Assembly (NCBI GenBank): GCA_913043225.1
Contig: CAJWLU010000005.1
Location: 32,001 to 96,000 of the forward strand
Direction of reading: 5' to 3'
From: an uncultured Acidobacteriota bacterium
GTDB taxonomy: Bacteria > Acidobacteriota > Vicinamibacteria > Vicinamibacterales > UBA8438
DNA length: 64,000 nucleotides
Shown piece by piece: positions 28,732-39,230 of this stretch (position 1 is the stretch's first letter; every line of letters begins with the position of its first letter). The position numbers were made by a program, and so were the translations under genes. The notes beneath the pieces were generated by a model. That model ran no database searches, was not told the DNA's origin, and saw only the letters and a list, made by a program, of their open reading frames with translations.

Positions 28732-29945
28732 TCGTCCTGTGCTGGTTCGACGCGGAGGAGCGCGCCGTTGTCGGCGTCAGTGAGCAGGTAGAGCAGGCCG
28801 TCGGGACCCTGCCGGACGTCACGGATACGCTGCCGCAGGTCGGCGAAGAGCGACTCCCGGATCGCTTCCTGCCCCTGATCGTTGAAGACGATCCGTTGCA
28901 GGTGACCGGTGTTGCGGACGCCGCCGATGCGAAGCGACCCGACGAACAGGTTACCCCGCCAGGCCGGGAACCGGTCACCGTCGTAGAAAACCATGCCCGA
29001 CGGGGCAATCGCAGGCAACCAAACGATCTCGGCGCCCCGCATCCCCTCCTGCCAGGTCCGCTCGGCCACCCGTCCCCCGGAATAATCCCGGCTGTACGAG
29101 ACCACCGGCCAACCGTAGTTGGCGCCTGGCAGGATCAGATTGACCTCGTCGCCCCCGAGCGGACCGTTCTCATGAGCCCACACGCCACCCGTCTCCGGAT
29201 GAATGGTCAACCCGAGCTGGTTGCGGTGCCCAAGCGAGTAGACCTCCGGCCGGCGGCCGTCCAGCCCAACAAACGGGTTGTCTGGCGGCACGCCCCCGTC
29301 GTCGGTTAGCCGCAGGAGCTTTCCCACCGTGTCCGCCGGATCCTGGGCGCGCGCGCCGATATTTGTGGCGCCGTATCTGAACGCCCCACCCACCGTGACG
29401 TAGAGGAACCCCTCGTCGTCGAATACTAGTCGCGAGGCCGCCGTCCCATCAGCGCGCAGGAGGTCAGACAGAAAGATGTCTTCCACTTCCTTGAGCGCCG
29501 TGCCCTCCAGTCGGCCTCGGGCCACCGCCACCCGGACTCCGTCTTCGCCTGGCTTCGAGTAGGTCAGGTAGACCAATTGGTTGTTGCCGAAATCCGGATG
29601 CAGTGCCACGTCCATCAGGCCGGCCAAGCCACGCGCGTGCACCCTGGGCACGCCGGTGATCGGCGCCGGTCCGGCCGACCCCTCGCGAACAAGCTGGAGC
29701 GCGCCGCCCCGCTCGGTGACGAGCAGGTGGCCATCGGGCAGGAAAGCTAGGCCCCACGGATGCTCCAGTCCATCGGTCACCACGACGACACGCACTTGCA
29801 GTTGTGCGGCCGTCTCGAAAACGACCGGCTCGGTCGGCAGCGCTCGCGGCAGGAGCGCGGCCGGCTGGGCCGAGGCGAGGACAGCGCCAGCGAACGACAG
29901 TCCGGCGGCAAGCGCGGCAAAACGGAGGGGCCTTCTCATGGTCAT
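28728..29945 (-). CDS. PQQ-dependent aldose sugar dehydrogenase (YliI/GSDH family)
   Basis: GLEHPWGLAFLPDG, GLMDVALHPDF, YSLGHRNQLG, GGDEVNLI..GANYGWP, RIRDVRQGPDG. Confidence 0.92.
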   Translation of the reverse strand: MTMRRPLRFAALAAGLSFAGAVLASAQPAALLPRALPTEPVVFETAAQLQVRVVVVTDGLEHPWGLAFLPDGHLLVTERGGALQLVREGSAGPAPITGVPRVHARGLAGLMDVALHPDFGNNQLVYLTYSKPGEDGVRVAVARGRLEGTALKEVEDIFLSDLLRADGTAASRLVFDDEGFLYVTVGGAFRYGATNIGARAQDPADTVGKLLRLTDDGGVPPDNPFVGLDGRRPEVYSLGHRNQLGLTIHPETGGVWAHENGPLGGDEVNLILPGANYGWPVVSYSRDYSGGRVAERTWQEGMRGAEIVWLPAIAPSGMVFYDGDRFPAWRGNLFVGSLRIGGVRNTGHLQRIVFNDQGQEAIRESLFADLRQRIRDVRQGPDGLLYLLTDADNGALLRVEPAQDE

Positions 29946-31480
29946 CGGCTCGATCGTGCCGGCGCGGCCTGGAGCTCCTCTAGATTCAGCTCGTTCGCCT
30001 GGTCGAGAATCTTAGCGAACGCCCGCGCGGCCGACTCTAAGCCGGCGGCTGGGACGAGCTCCGGCACATCGCCGTCCGTGTGCTTGTGCTCGGGCGACCG
30101 GATGAGCTGGACCGACGGCGCCTCCTTGTCGATCGCCATCATCTCTCCGGTGGCGCGACCATCCATCTCCCCGATGACAGTCACTCCAAAGGTTCGGTAG
30201 GCATCGAGTGTGATGTCGAGCAGCCGCTGACTTCCGTGCACCCACCACCGGCGAGGCGAGACCGTATTGGTCAGCCTCAGCTCGTTGTTGAAGGCGACGA
30301 ACTGGGTCGGCGCGATGTGCTCGCAGTTGATCATCAGCGCCGTGTTCTCGAGCAGACCCTGGTCGCGAAGATAGAGGGCACTAGGCGACCCCACGTGGTG
30401 ACCCGCCGTCCCGATGAACACGATGTTCCGGCGCCGCTCAGACATCGGGACGCCAGCGAAGTGATCGGCTAGTCCGATCATCACTGCCATGCCCGACGCA
30501 TTGTCAAGTGCCGCATCGTAGTACCCGTCCATGTGGGCCATCACGTAGATGGTCTCGTCGGTCATGCCCGGCAGCGTCCCAAAGATGCTTGGGCTCGACA
30601 ACCCCTCACGTGTCTCCGCCTCGACCCGCGCCGAGATCGTCACGGGTTCGCCGGCAGCCACGAGGTCTCTCAGCTTCCGACCGTCTTCAAATCCCAAGAA
30701 GAACCCGGGGGTCGAGACAATCTGGTTGACGTAGCGAGAGGTCCCATCGTCGTTGCGGACCATCTGAAATGCGTTGGTGCGCTGCCAGATCGCGAAGTTC
30801 CCACCGTAGCCCCAGACGCCGAGGATGAGCGCGGCCCCGGCCTCCTCGGCCCGGATGGTCGCGCCCTCCCAGGAGGCGGAGTTCCCCATCTGGCCGGGCG
30901 CCAGGATGGTCTGGATGATCACCGCCTTGCCGGCAATATCGCGCCCGGCAAAATCGGCCGCGGTCCCGAGACCGACCCAGACCGCCTCCACGCCGTCGAG
31001 CTCAAGCGTTTGCGACCCCATCGCCGGATTGGCCGACATGAATGTCAGCGTGTCGTCGCCGGCCGACGCGGCCAGGTCCCAGTCGACCGGGAACCACTGG
31101 GGTCCAAGATCGAAGTCGACTCGATGGATATCGTGCATGCCAAGCCGCCGGAATTGCGCCTCGGTCCAATCGGCGGCCATTACCTCGTACTGGGTGCCCG
31201 AGATCCGTCCCCAGTAACGGTTCCCGTCGTCACGGCTACGGCGCGAAAAAGCCACCACCTCTTCCAACCAGATCTTCAGCCGCCTGCCCTCGATATCAGC
31301 GTAGACCGCGTCTTCATCGGAGAGCGCGCGCCGGAGGTGGTCATACGCTTCTTCCCGCACAAACCCGTTGGCATCGACTAACGGCTGAGCGGTGACCCCG
31401 CTCGCAGCGGCGGACAGCACCAAAGCCACTCCCGTCCACCGTCGCGCACCCGCACACCAGCGTTTCGGCATCTGTGACAT
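29942..31480 (-). CDS. M28-like peptidase with PA domain (atypical active site)
   Basis: MAHMDG, ALDNASG; AGHH where the canonical EE would be. Confidence 0.7.
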   Translation of the reverse strand: MSQMPKRWCAGARRWTGVALVLSAAASGVTAQPLVDANGFVREEAYDHLRRALSDEDAVYADIEGRRLKIWLEEVVAFSRRSRDDGNRYWGRISGTQYEVMAADWTEAQFRRLGMHDIHRVDFDLGPQWFPVDWDLAASAGDDTLTFMSANPAMGSQTLELDGVEAVWVGLGTAADFAGRDIAGKAVIIQTILAPGQMGNSASWEGATIRAEEAGAALILGVWGYGGNFAIWQRTNAFQMVRNDDGTSRYVNQIVSTPGFFLGFEDGRKLRDLVAAGEPVTISARVEAETREGLSSPSIFGTLPGMTDETIYVMAHMDGYYDAALDNASGMAVMIGLADHFAGVPMSERRRNIVFIGTAGHHVGSPSALYLRDQGLLENTALMINCEHIAPTQFVAFNNELRLTNTVSPRRWWVHGSQRLLDITLDAYRTFGVTVIGEMDGRATGEMMAIDKEAPSVQLIRSPEHKHTDGDVPELVPAAGLESAARAFAKILDQANELNLEELQAAPARSSR

Positions 31481-31489
31481 CGCCGTCCC

Positions 31490-32185
31490 TCAGTCCTCTC
31501 TCCAGGGGTTGGTCGCAAAGACCGCCAGTTCCGGCCAGAACGCTCGTCTGGGCAAGTCCAGCGCCGCCATGATTGTCTGGGCGATATCGTCCGCGTAAAG
31601 CTTGTTCGGGTTATTTCGGCCAGGACGATCGCCCCATCGGGTTTGTACCTCCGACGGGCAGACGCTGACCACCCGGATGTTGTGCGGACGGAGTTCAGCC
31701 TGCCAACACTGGGTAATGCCTCGCACCGCCCACTTTGTGCCCGCGTAGGCGGTGCCGCCCGGACGCCCCTTCGTCCCAGACGTCGAGGAGATGTTCACGA
31801 TGTCGCCCTCGCCCTGCTCAGTCATCAGCGGAACAACCCGGTTAGTCAGGTCGACCATGCCGATCACGTTGCTCGCGAAGAGCCGCCGAACGGCGTCGGT
31901 ATCAAGCGCGCCGATCGAGGCGTCGTACCAGTTGGCGACGTTGTTGATGAGGACGTCCACGCCGCCCAGTTCCCGACGGCAGGTCTCCACCGCGAGCGCG
32001 TTCTCCTCATCCACTGTGATGTCGGCCCTTAGCCCGAAAGCACCCGTGGCTGAGGCCATCGCCTCGACCGTGTCCGCGTGTCGACCGGTAAACACGACCC
32101 CGTGTCCCGCGGCGCACGTCCGCCGCACCAGAGCTGCACCGATACCCTGGCTGCCTCCCGTGATCAAGAACCGTCGCTGGCCCAC
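31490..32185 (-). CDS. SDR family oxidoreductase
   Basis: TGGSQGIG, NISS, YAGTK. Confidence 0.92.
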   Translation of the reverse strand: MGQRRFLITGGSQGIGAALVRRTCAAGHGVVFTGRHADTVEAMASATGAFGLRADITVDEENALAVETCRRELGGVDVLINNVANWYDASIGALDTDAVRRLFASNVIGMVDLTNRVVPLMTEQGEGDIVNISSTSGTKGRPGGTAYAGTKWAVRGITQCWQAELRPHNIRVVSVCPSEVQTRWGDRPGRNNPNKLYADDIAQTIMAALDLPRRAFWPELAVFATNPWRED

Positions 32186-32321
32186 GTCGTTGGCTCCCCC
32201 GTTGAATCGAGCGATTATACCTGCGCCTCAGACGTCCCTCTTGACGAGTCGGCGGGCGGCGGGCAGCATTAGACAGCCGCGCGCATCTACCGTGCGCCCA
32301 GCGGCAGAAGGGAGCTCTCTG

Positions 32322-33086
32322 ATGCCCGCCATCTTCTTCACGCACAACCGCCAGCATCTCTTCCTCGTGGCCTCTCTGCTCGCCACCGTCGGATGCGGTG
32401 GAGCGGTTGAGGAGCCACCCGCGGAGGACCCTACCCAAGTAGCAACGGCCGATCCCGCCCTGGCCCCAGCGACCGAAGTGCCGGACATGATCGCAATGGG
32501 CGGAGCCAAGTCGGTCACGACCTTCTTCATCACCAGCGTGGGGCCCGGGAACGGCGGCGACCTCGGGGGTTTGACGGGAGCCGACGCACACTGCCAGGCA
32601 CTCGCTGACGCGGAGTACGCGGGCGACCACACCTGGCGCGCCTATCTCAGCACTCAGGCCACCGACACCGGGCCGGCGGTTAACGCCCGTGACCGCATCG
32701 GGACCGGCCCCTGGTACAACGCCGAAGGCATGCTGATTGCGGCGGATCTGGAACTACTCCACGGTGATGCGAACAACGTAAACAAGGAACGGGCGACGAC
32801 CGAACGGTTGGACCCCGTCAACGGCGTGGGCGACGATCCGAACCGGCACGACATCCTGACCGGATCTCGATCAGACGGCACTGCCTTCCCGCCGGGCGAA
32901 GATCGCACCTGCGGCAACTGGACATCCAGCACGGACGGCAGCGCCATGGTCGGCCACCACGACCGGATCGGTCGTGGCGACGGCGTGAACTCATGGAACT
33001 CTGAGCACCCCTCAAGAGGGTGCAACCAGGAGGATCTGGTCGGTACGGGCGGAGCTGGGCTGTTCTACTGCTTCGCGATTGATTAA
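32322..33086 (+). CDS. Lipoprotein with C-type lectin/endostatin-like domain
   Basis: Lipobox-like TVGC; FFITS..GDLGGLTGADAHCQALA, WRAYLS, TCGNWTS, LFYCFA. Confidence 0.75.
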   Translation: MPAIFFTHNRQHLFLVASLLATVGCGGAVEEPPAEDPTQVATADPALAPATEVPDMIAMGGAKSVTTFFITSVGPGNGGDLGGLTGADAHCQALADAEYAGDHTWRAYLSTQATDTGPAVNARDRIGTGPWYNAEGMLIAADLELLHGDANNVNKERATTERLDPVNGVGDDPNRHDILTGSRSDGTAFPPGEDRTCGNWTSSTDGSAMVGHHDRIGRGDGVNSWNSEHPSRGCNQEDLVGTGGAGLFYCFAID

Positions 33087-33168
33087 TTCCATAGAGCTTC
33101 GCCGCCCGCAGGCCAGGCCTTACTAGGCTTGCCGCTTGTTCCCCATCCCTTACTGGTTCCGGTACACG

Positions 33169-33202
33169 CGAACGGCTCGGCAATCTATCGCCGAGCCGTT
33201 CG
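33169..33202. terminator. 13-bp stem-loop between convergent genes (likely bidirectional terminator)
   Basis: CGAACGGCTCGGC-AATCTATC-GCCGAGCCGTTCG. Confidence 0.7.
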
Positions 33203-33235
33203 TATTTCGAGCGCCTTAACCTGAGGGCCTTCTCA

Positions 33236-34402
33236 CTACGTAAGGATCACCGTCCGGCCCAATTGGGAATTCTGCTCGAGGAAGGTGTGCTTCACCTCTA
33301 GTTCCTCGGCGGTGGGCTGGACGTACCCGTTGGTCTGTGTCGCACGTGACGTCACAGTGTGCTCCCCAGGGCTCGCGCCCATCCAGTCGAAGGTGAAGAA
33401 CTTCCAGGAATACTTCTCGCTCATGGACGGGTCCAGCGTCGCGGCCTGCCAAGGTCCGTCATCGACCTTGACCTCGACCGACTGGATCGGCGTGCCGTCA
33501 TGCATGATCACGCCGAACACCTTGTGCTGATTCCCGAGCTTGGTCACGCGCGCGATGTAGGACTTCAGTCGCATCTTCGTGATGGCGGTCTCCTTCCACT
33601 TCATCTCGCCGTTGACCATCTCTCCCTTGAGGGTCCGATACCAGCGCGCCTGATACTTACCGAGATACTGGTCCTCCTGCACGTGGATCTCCGAGAGAAA
33701 CTTTACGTTCGGGGCACCGTACCACCCCGGCACCAGCAGGCGGAGCGGCCGTCCCTGGTGGGCGGTCAGCGGGTCGCCATTGAGGTCGTAGGCCAGGAGC
33801 GGCTCATCAGACAAGGCGATGTCCCGTGGCAAGCTCCGACCGTACTGCTGGTCGACAGTGTAGGTCCGGCCGCGAAACTCGACCTCCTCTTCACCGTGGT
33901 CCGCGCCGAAGAAAACGATCTCCCGCGCCCGATCCTGCAGCCCGGCCCGCTCCAGCACCGCGCGCAGCGGTACCCCAACCCAGCGCCCGTTGCTCGAGAG
34001 ACCGTTTAAAGGTCCTCGGTTACCCGAGCATTCGAAGCCGAATACGAGCTCGCGGTTCGGCATGTCCCGCAGCTCCGCCAGCGACAATTCCAGCGACGTG
34101 TCAACAAGGCCCGACACCCGGAGTCGATAGGTCGCGCGATCCATGTCCGGGTGGCCGTAGTGCTGCGTCGTGAACCATTGGTCGGCTGGTGTGATCGCCC
34201 CGTCGATATGGCGGACATCAATGATGCGGCGGTCAGGCGTCCTCTCCAGCACGATCTCATCAGGCAGGTCGGTGAACTCCATGAGCTCTTCGCCCTGCGC
34301 GAGCGCCGGAAACGCCCACTCGGGGACCCCCACGGCCCCCAGGCCGGCCAGCACGGCTCCGCTCTTGAGTACGTCACGACGAGTGGTCTGCTTCGACATC
34401 AT
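33236..34402 (-). CDS. Tat-exported sulfite oxidase family molybdoenzyme
   Basis: TRRDVLK Tat motif; FECSGN Mo-ligand Cys; GRPLRLLVPGWYG; C-terminal dimerisation domain VEVKVDDGPW. Confidence 0.88.
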   Translation of the reverse strand: MMSKQTTRRDVLKSGAVLAGLGAVGVPEWAFPALAQGEELMEFTDLPDEIVLERTPDRRIIDVRHIDGAITPADQWFTTQHYGHPDMDRATYRLRVSGLVDTSLELSLAELRDMPNRELVFGFECSGNRGPLNGLSSNGRWVGVPLRAVLERAGLQDRAREIVFFGADHGEEEVEFRGRTYTVDQQYGRSLPRDIALSDEPLLAYDLNGDPLTAHQGRPLRLLVPGWYGAPNVKFLSEIHVQEDQYLGKYQARWYRTLKGEMVNGEMKWKETAITKMRLKSYIARVTKLGNQHKVFGVIMHDGTPIQSVEVKVDDGPWQAATLDPSMSEKYSWKFFTFDWMGASPGEHTVTSRATQTNGYVQPTAEELEVKHTFLEQNSQLGRTVILT

Positions 34403-34523
34403 CAGGTCCTTCCTCGCACCGGGTCCAGATCAGGCCCCGGTATCCAACGGGCGTATTATCGCGGTTCGTCCCCGCTCGGTCACCACTTTTTCGGCCCCTC
34501 GGGCCGACCGCTCACGGCGCTCG

Positions 34524-35600
34524 TCAAGCGAGCCCACCCGAAAAGAACACTCGCTGAACGAACCAGAACGCACCGGCCACCATTACGGCCACCGACCCGG
34601 CCACCGCAATCCACCGACCGGCAAGCTCGCTACGATGCCGTATCGCAATCAAGGCCGACGCCACGACCACGGCGACGGCCACCTGCCCTATCTCCACGCC
34701 CAGGTTGAACGAGAAGAGCGACCATCCGAGCGCACCGCTCGGCAACCCCATCTCGCGAAGCACGGAAGCGAACCCGAATCCATGGATCAGCCCAAACACG
34801 AGTGCGATCCAGACGCGCATGTCCCGACCGTCCCGCACCAGCAGATTGTCGGCGCCGACGTAAACAATGCTGAGCGCGATGATCGGCTCGACAACGCTGC
34901 CGGGTGGGCTGACCACGCCAAGTACGGCGAGCGCCAGGGTGATGCTGTGCGCGATGGTGAAAGCGGTTATCACCAACAGCAGGCGCCGGATCGCGCCGCC
35001 CAGCAGCAGGAGCCCGATCAGGAACAGGAGATGGTCCGGCCCGATGAGGATGTGGTGCACCCCTTCGGGCACAAACTTCTGGATGACCGCCATGGTGCCC
35101 TGGCGGCTGCCGACGAAATACTCGAACGACCGGTCGCTTCCGCCGAGAATCGCCTGCGACCGCAACTCACCCGCGTCATAGAAGTTGACGAAGGTCTGAT
35201 GCTGAAGGTCATATGGGAACATATCGGCGGCGACGTCGATGACGCCTGGCAGATCGGAAAGTTCCTGGCGCGCCGTCAGCCGTACCGACTGTCGATCCGG
35301 CACCGGCTCCGGCTCGCTCCAAGCCTCCACATCTACCCGCTGGCCGTCGACCAGAATGGCGAGTCGCTCCCGGACCAACGCCCCCAGCCGCGGCCCACGA
35401 CCTCCCAGTCCTCCTGGCTCAACCACCCGATTCGGCGGCTGGATTCCTAGCTCGTAGGCGACGTCAAAGGCATGGACCACCACCTCGAACGTCACGACGC
35501 TGCCCTCGATCCGGACATCCACAAAACTGAACGGAGCCGGGTGCGCTTGGACCGGTGCCACGGACACGGTCAGGGCCAGCAGCGTGATCAACCACCTCAT
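34524..35600 (-). CDS. HupE/UreJ-type metal transporter with N-terminal periplasmic domain
   Basis: GVHHILIGPDHLLF, FTIAHSITL, FGLIHGFGFA, FNLGVEIGQ. Confidence 0.9.
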   Translation of the reverse strand: MRWLITLLALTVSVAPVQAHPAPFSFVDVRIEGSVVTFEVVVHAFDVAYELGIQPPNRVVEPGGLGGRGPRLGALVRERLAILVDGQRVDVEAWSEPEPVPDRQSVRLTARQELSDLPGVIDVAADMFPYDLQHQTFVNFYDAGELRSQAILGGSDRSFEYFVGSRQGTMAVIQKFVPEGVHHILIGPDHLLFLIGLLLLGGAIRRLLLVITAFTIAHSITLALAVLGVVSPPGSVVEPIIALSIVYVGADNLLVRDGRDMRVWIALVFGLIHGFGFASVLREMGLPSGALGWSLFSFNLGVEIGQVAVAVVVASALIAIRHRSELAGRWIAVAGSVAVMVAGAFWFVQRVFFSGGLA

Positions 35601-35671
35601 TGCGGATAATGGTAACGCACCGACAGCCTATACTCAGGTCTACCCCACGACCGCCCGAGGAGAACGCTCAA

Positions 35672-36931
35672 ATGTCGCCCACACTACCTCGTCGTCAAAT
35701 GCTCCAGACCCTAACCGCCGCGCCACTGGCACTGACGGCTGCCATGACCAGGGTCCGACCGAGCCTTGCTGGGAGCCAATCGTCAGCTGCCGACATCGGG
35801 CCTCTGGATCAGGACGTATTGCCCCCCGGCATCCGCTCGCGGTTCGTCGACGGCATCAACGGCCTGCGGGTACACATCCTTGAGGCCGGATACGAACGGC
35901 GCGGTGGCCCCGGCTTGTTTCTCCTCCATGGATTTCCCGAGTTGGCCTACAGTTGGCGCCACATCATGGTCCCGCTGTCCGAGGCCGGCTATCACGTCAT
36001 TGCTCCCGACATGCGCGGCTACGGCCGGACCACCGGCTGGAACGACGACTATGACACTGAGCTGTCCCCCTGGAGACGTCTGAATCTCGTGCGCGACGTT
36101 CTGGGTCTGGTCAACGCCTTCGGCTATCGGTCCGTACAAGTGGTTGGTCACGACTTCGGTTCACCCATGGCCGCCTGGTGCGCGGTGACGCGCCCGGACG
36201 TCTTCACCGCCGTCGCGCTGATGAGCGCCCCGTTCGGGGGAACAGCGACGCTCCCGTTCGACACAGCCAATAACCCGGCACCCGCGCGTGAACCAGGACC
36301 AGACCTACATGCGGAGTTGGCGCGACTCCCGCGCCCGCGCAAGCACTACCAGCGCTACTACACCACCAGACCTGCGAACGAGAACATGTGGCACGCCGAA
36401 CAAGGACTGCACGCTTTCCTGCGTGCCTACTACCACCACAAGAGCGCCGACTGGGAAGAGAACCAGCCGTACCGGCTGGCCGGACAGACCGCGTCAGAGA
36501 TGGCCAAAATGCCAACCTACTACATCATGGACCTTGGAGACGGTATGGCCGAGACAGTCGCCAAACACATGCCCACCGAGGCGGAGATCACCACGAACAC
36601 CTGGCTACCAGACAACGAGTTGGCCGTCTATACCCAGGAGTACGGCCGGACCGGCTTCCAGGGCGGCTTAAACCACTACCGATCAGGCGGACTTGGTGCA
36701 GCGGAGATGCAACTCTTCGCCGGGCGGACCATCGATCAGCCGTCGCTCTTCATCTCCGGAGCCTCGGACTGGGGCAGCTACCAGAGTCCGGGCGTCCTCG
36801 AGCGGATGCAAGAGCAAGCCTGTACCAACATGCGGGCCGTGCATATGGTCGACGGCGCCGGACACTGGGTCCAGCAGGAGCAACCGCAGGAAACCGCCAG
36901 CCTTCTGATCGAATTCTTGCAGAACGCCTGA
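35672..36931 (+). CDS. Alpha/beta hydrolase, epoxide-hydrolase-like, with Tat-like signal
   Basis: RRQMLQ; LLHGFPE, APDMRGYG, GHDFG, GAGHWVQQEQP. Confidence 0.9.
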   Translation: MSPTLPRRQMLQTLTAAPLALTAAMTRVRPSLAGSQSSAADIGPLDQDVLPPGIRSRFVDGINGLRVHILEAGYERRGGPGLFLLHGFPELAYSWRHIMVPLSEAGYHVIAPDMRGYGRTTGWNDDYDTELSPWRRLNLVRDVLGLVNAFGYRSVQVVGHDFGSPMAAWCAVTRPDVFTAVALMSAPFGGTATLPFDTANNPAPAREPGPDLHAELARLPRPRKHYQRYYTTRPANENMWHAEQGLHAFLRAYYHHKSADWEENQPYRLAGQTASEMAKMPTYYIMDLGDGMAETVAKHMPTEAEITTNTWLPDNELAVYTQEYGRTGFQGGLNHYRSGGLGAAEMQLFAGRTIDQPSLFISGASDWGSYQSPGVLERMQEQACTNMRAVHMVDGAGHWVQQEQPQETASLLIEFLQNA

Positions 36932-36946
36932 CCTCGGCTATGCCGC

Positions 36947-39103
36947 TTAGTCCGCCAAGGGATGGGGCCGCAACTGAAAATGGATGACGGCGCTGCGAGT
37001 CCCCTTGCCGCCTTCGATGTGCCAGTTCAAGTTCGAGCCGTAATTGGCCCATAAGCCGCGGCCCTTCCAGCCTGCCTCCGGGTCATCGATGCGACCATCC
37101 AACCCCCGCGCGAAGAACCCGAGCGGATATGGCACCCGCAGCACGACCCACTCACCGGTCTCCGGCAGAAGCGCCAGGATCGAATCTGAGCCGGACCCCG
37201 GCGCCATCGGCACATTTTCGCCGAGCCCGAGTGTGTCGAACTGGTCCACCCAATTGTAGTAGTGGTAGTCGGCGCTGCCTGGGTCCTCGACCCCCTTCAT
37301 CTGCGGTCCGGGCGTCGGATACAAGGTCCATCCCTCGGGGCAGTGCTGGCCAATGGCCTCTGGACCGTTCAGCACCCGACATTTCCGTCGATCGAAGCTA
37401 GCCATGTGCCCGCTACCTGAGAGAGCCGTCCAGATGACGCCGTCCCGATCCACATCGACACCTCGCGGTCCGTGGCCAGTCTGTGTCGGGTCCACCGCTG
37501 GATTCTCTGCAGACGGCGGCTCGTAGACCTCCGCGATACAGGTCTCTGGCGGATTGTCACCTCGGTCGACGCGGACAAGGTTGCCCGGGAAGGGGCCCGT
37601 GCGTGCAATCCAGACGCTCCCGTCGGTCGGGCTGGCGATGATGCCGTAGGCGAATCCCCGGATGCGGCTGTCTCGAGCCTCATCGACCGGATCCCCGGGC
37701 TCGTTCCACGGCCGGGTGATGACGCCGTCACCATTGGTATCGATTACCGTCGGGCACCAGCCCTGCGCCGCCCTCTCGTCGCCGGTGTTGTCGAACATCT
37801 TCGTGTCGAGCCACCCAACGACGTTGGCATCGCCGCTGAACCAGAGCGTGTCGTTCTCGTCCTCCCCAAACTGCAAATGGTGTGTAGCGTAGCAGCTGTC
37901 AATCAGCAACCAGGTCTGCCGCTCCGGGTCGTAGGCAGAGATCTGGCGTCCGCTGGACGGAATCGGGAAGTAGGCCGCGGAAGGATGCCTTGAACCGTCT
38001 CGGCACCAATCGGGGTTCTCGCGACGGCGCACCGTCGACGTCAACCAGACGCGCCCTCGGGCGTCCATCATTGGGTTGTGCGGGTTAGCTGGAGCATCGA
38101 AGATGATCTCCTCGCCCCACGCCGGTGAGGGCTCAAAGCCCAGTTCGGTTGGAAACATCGACGGCACCATCTCGCTGGGCTCGCGGAGCGGCACGTCGAG
38201 CTCGGTCGACTGATGTCTGGCCACGTCGGTGATGATCAGCTTGTCGTTCGTGATCGACACCCCGTAGACCAGGCCGTGCCCGTTGACCGTGGGATCGCGC
38301 TTGTCGGTCGTGATTTCGTCATGCACGTAGGAGGTCTCGCCAGCCCAATCCCACATCGTCAGCACCAGGTTCCGCTCCACGCCGCGGGGGCGGGGTGGTG
38401 CCACCGGTATCTCGCCCGCCGCGATCCGGTCACTCCAGTCCGAAAACATGTCGAGGCCACGGTCTGAGCCGAACCGATTCAACACCCCGGCCATCTGCCG
38501 GCCGCGCTGACCGAAGGTGAGCCGATGCGCCCAGGCTGCGCGGGTAGAGTCGAACTGAGACAGATGGCTGGTCTCGAATGTAAAGCGATTCCCCATCTGA
38601 TGGCAGAGTTGGCACCCCTGCTTGGTCACATCCACCCAGGCGGCCTGGCTCCGCAACCCCGGCGAGATCCCGTTGCCCTGGGGACCGGTACCGGGAAATT
38701 CTTCTGCCGACGGCGGCTCAAGTAGCGAGTACCAATAGTTGGCCGGATAGACCTGTGCTGCCTCCTGTGGCGTCGAGGCAATGACCGCCCTAAGTTCGAC
38801 CGTCTGGCCAGGCTCGGCCCTGACGGGCTCAGAATCCACCAAGCCGTAGCCGCGCACCCAGACCCGGTAGGAGGCGGCGGGAAGATCGGGCAGGACGAAA
38901 CGTCCGTCGTCATCGGTCACGACGATCTTCCGGAACCTGGTGTCAAGATCGTCGGTTTCGGCAATCACCCACACGCCCACCTCTGGGCCAGTAAGGCTTT
39001 GCACTGTGCCACGAAGATCACCCTCAGCCGGTTGCCGAGCGACCAGCACCGCCGTCGCGCAGGCCATCACCACACACAACGCAGCTGTCAGCCCCTTCTG
39101 CAT
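36947..39103 (-). CDS. Secreted protein: carboxypeptidase-regulatory-like domain + monoheme c + beta-propeller
   Basis: VVTDDDGRFVLPDLP..YRVWVRGYGL; single CQLCH; propeller-like repeats (DARGRVWLT, DRDGVIWTAL). Confidence 0.7.
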   Translation of the reverse strand: MQKGLTAALCVVMACATAVLVARQPAEGDLRGTVQSLTGPEVGVWVIAETDDLDTRFRKIVVTDDDGRFVLPDLPAASYRVWVRGYGLVDSEPVRAEPGQTVELRAVIASTPQEAAQVYPANYWYSLLEPPSAEEFPGTGPQGNGISPGLRSQAAWVDVTKQGCQLCHQMGNRFTFETSHLSQFDSTRAAWAHRLTFGQRGRQMAGVLNRFGSDRGLDMFSDWSDRIAAGEIPVAPPRPRGVERNLVLTMWDWAGETSYVHDEITTDKRDPTVNGHGLVYGVSITNDKLIITDVARHQSTELDVPLREPSEMVPSMFPTELGFEPSPAWGEEIIFDAPANPHNPMMDARGRVWLTSTVRRRENPDWCRDGSRHPSAAYFPIPSSGRQISAYDPERQTWLLIDSCYATHHLQFGEDENDTLWFSGDANVVGWLDTKMFDNTGDERAAQGWCPTVIDTNGDGVITRPWNEPGDPVDEARDSRIRGFAYGIIASPTDGSVWIARTGPFPGNLVRVDRGDNPPETCIAEVYEPPSAENPAVDPTQTGHGPRGVDVDRDGVIWTALSGSGHMASFDRRKCRVLNGPEAIGQHCPEGWTLYPTPGPQMKGVEDPGSADYHYYNWVDQFDTLGLGENVPMAPGSGSDSILALLPETGEWVVLRVPYPLGFFARGLDGRIDDPEAGWKGRGLWANYGSNLNWHIEGGKGTRSAVIHFQLRPHPLAD

Positions 39104-39230
39104 ACTGCACCTCCGCATCGGTCCCAAGTCTCACTTCAGATGGTGACTCGATTCTACCGCGCCCGCCCAGGTCAGCCGTTAGCGTAAAGGGAGCCGGACC
39201 TGACGGCGTATACTCTGAAAAACTCCGGAA

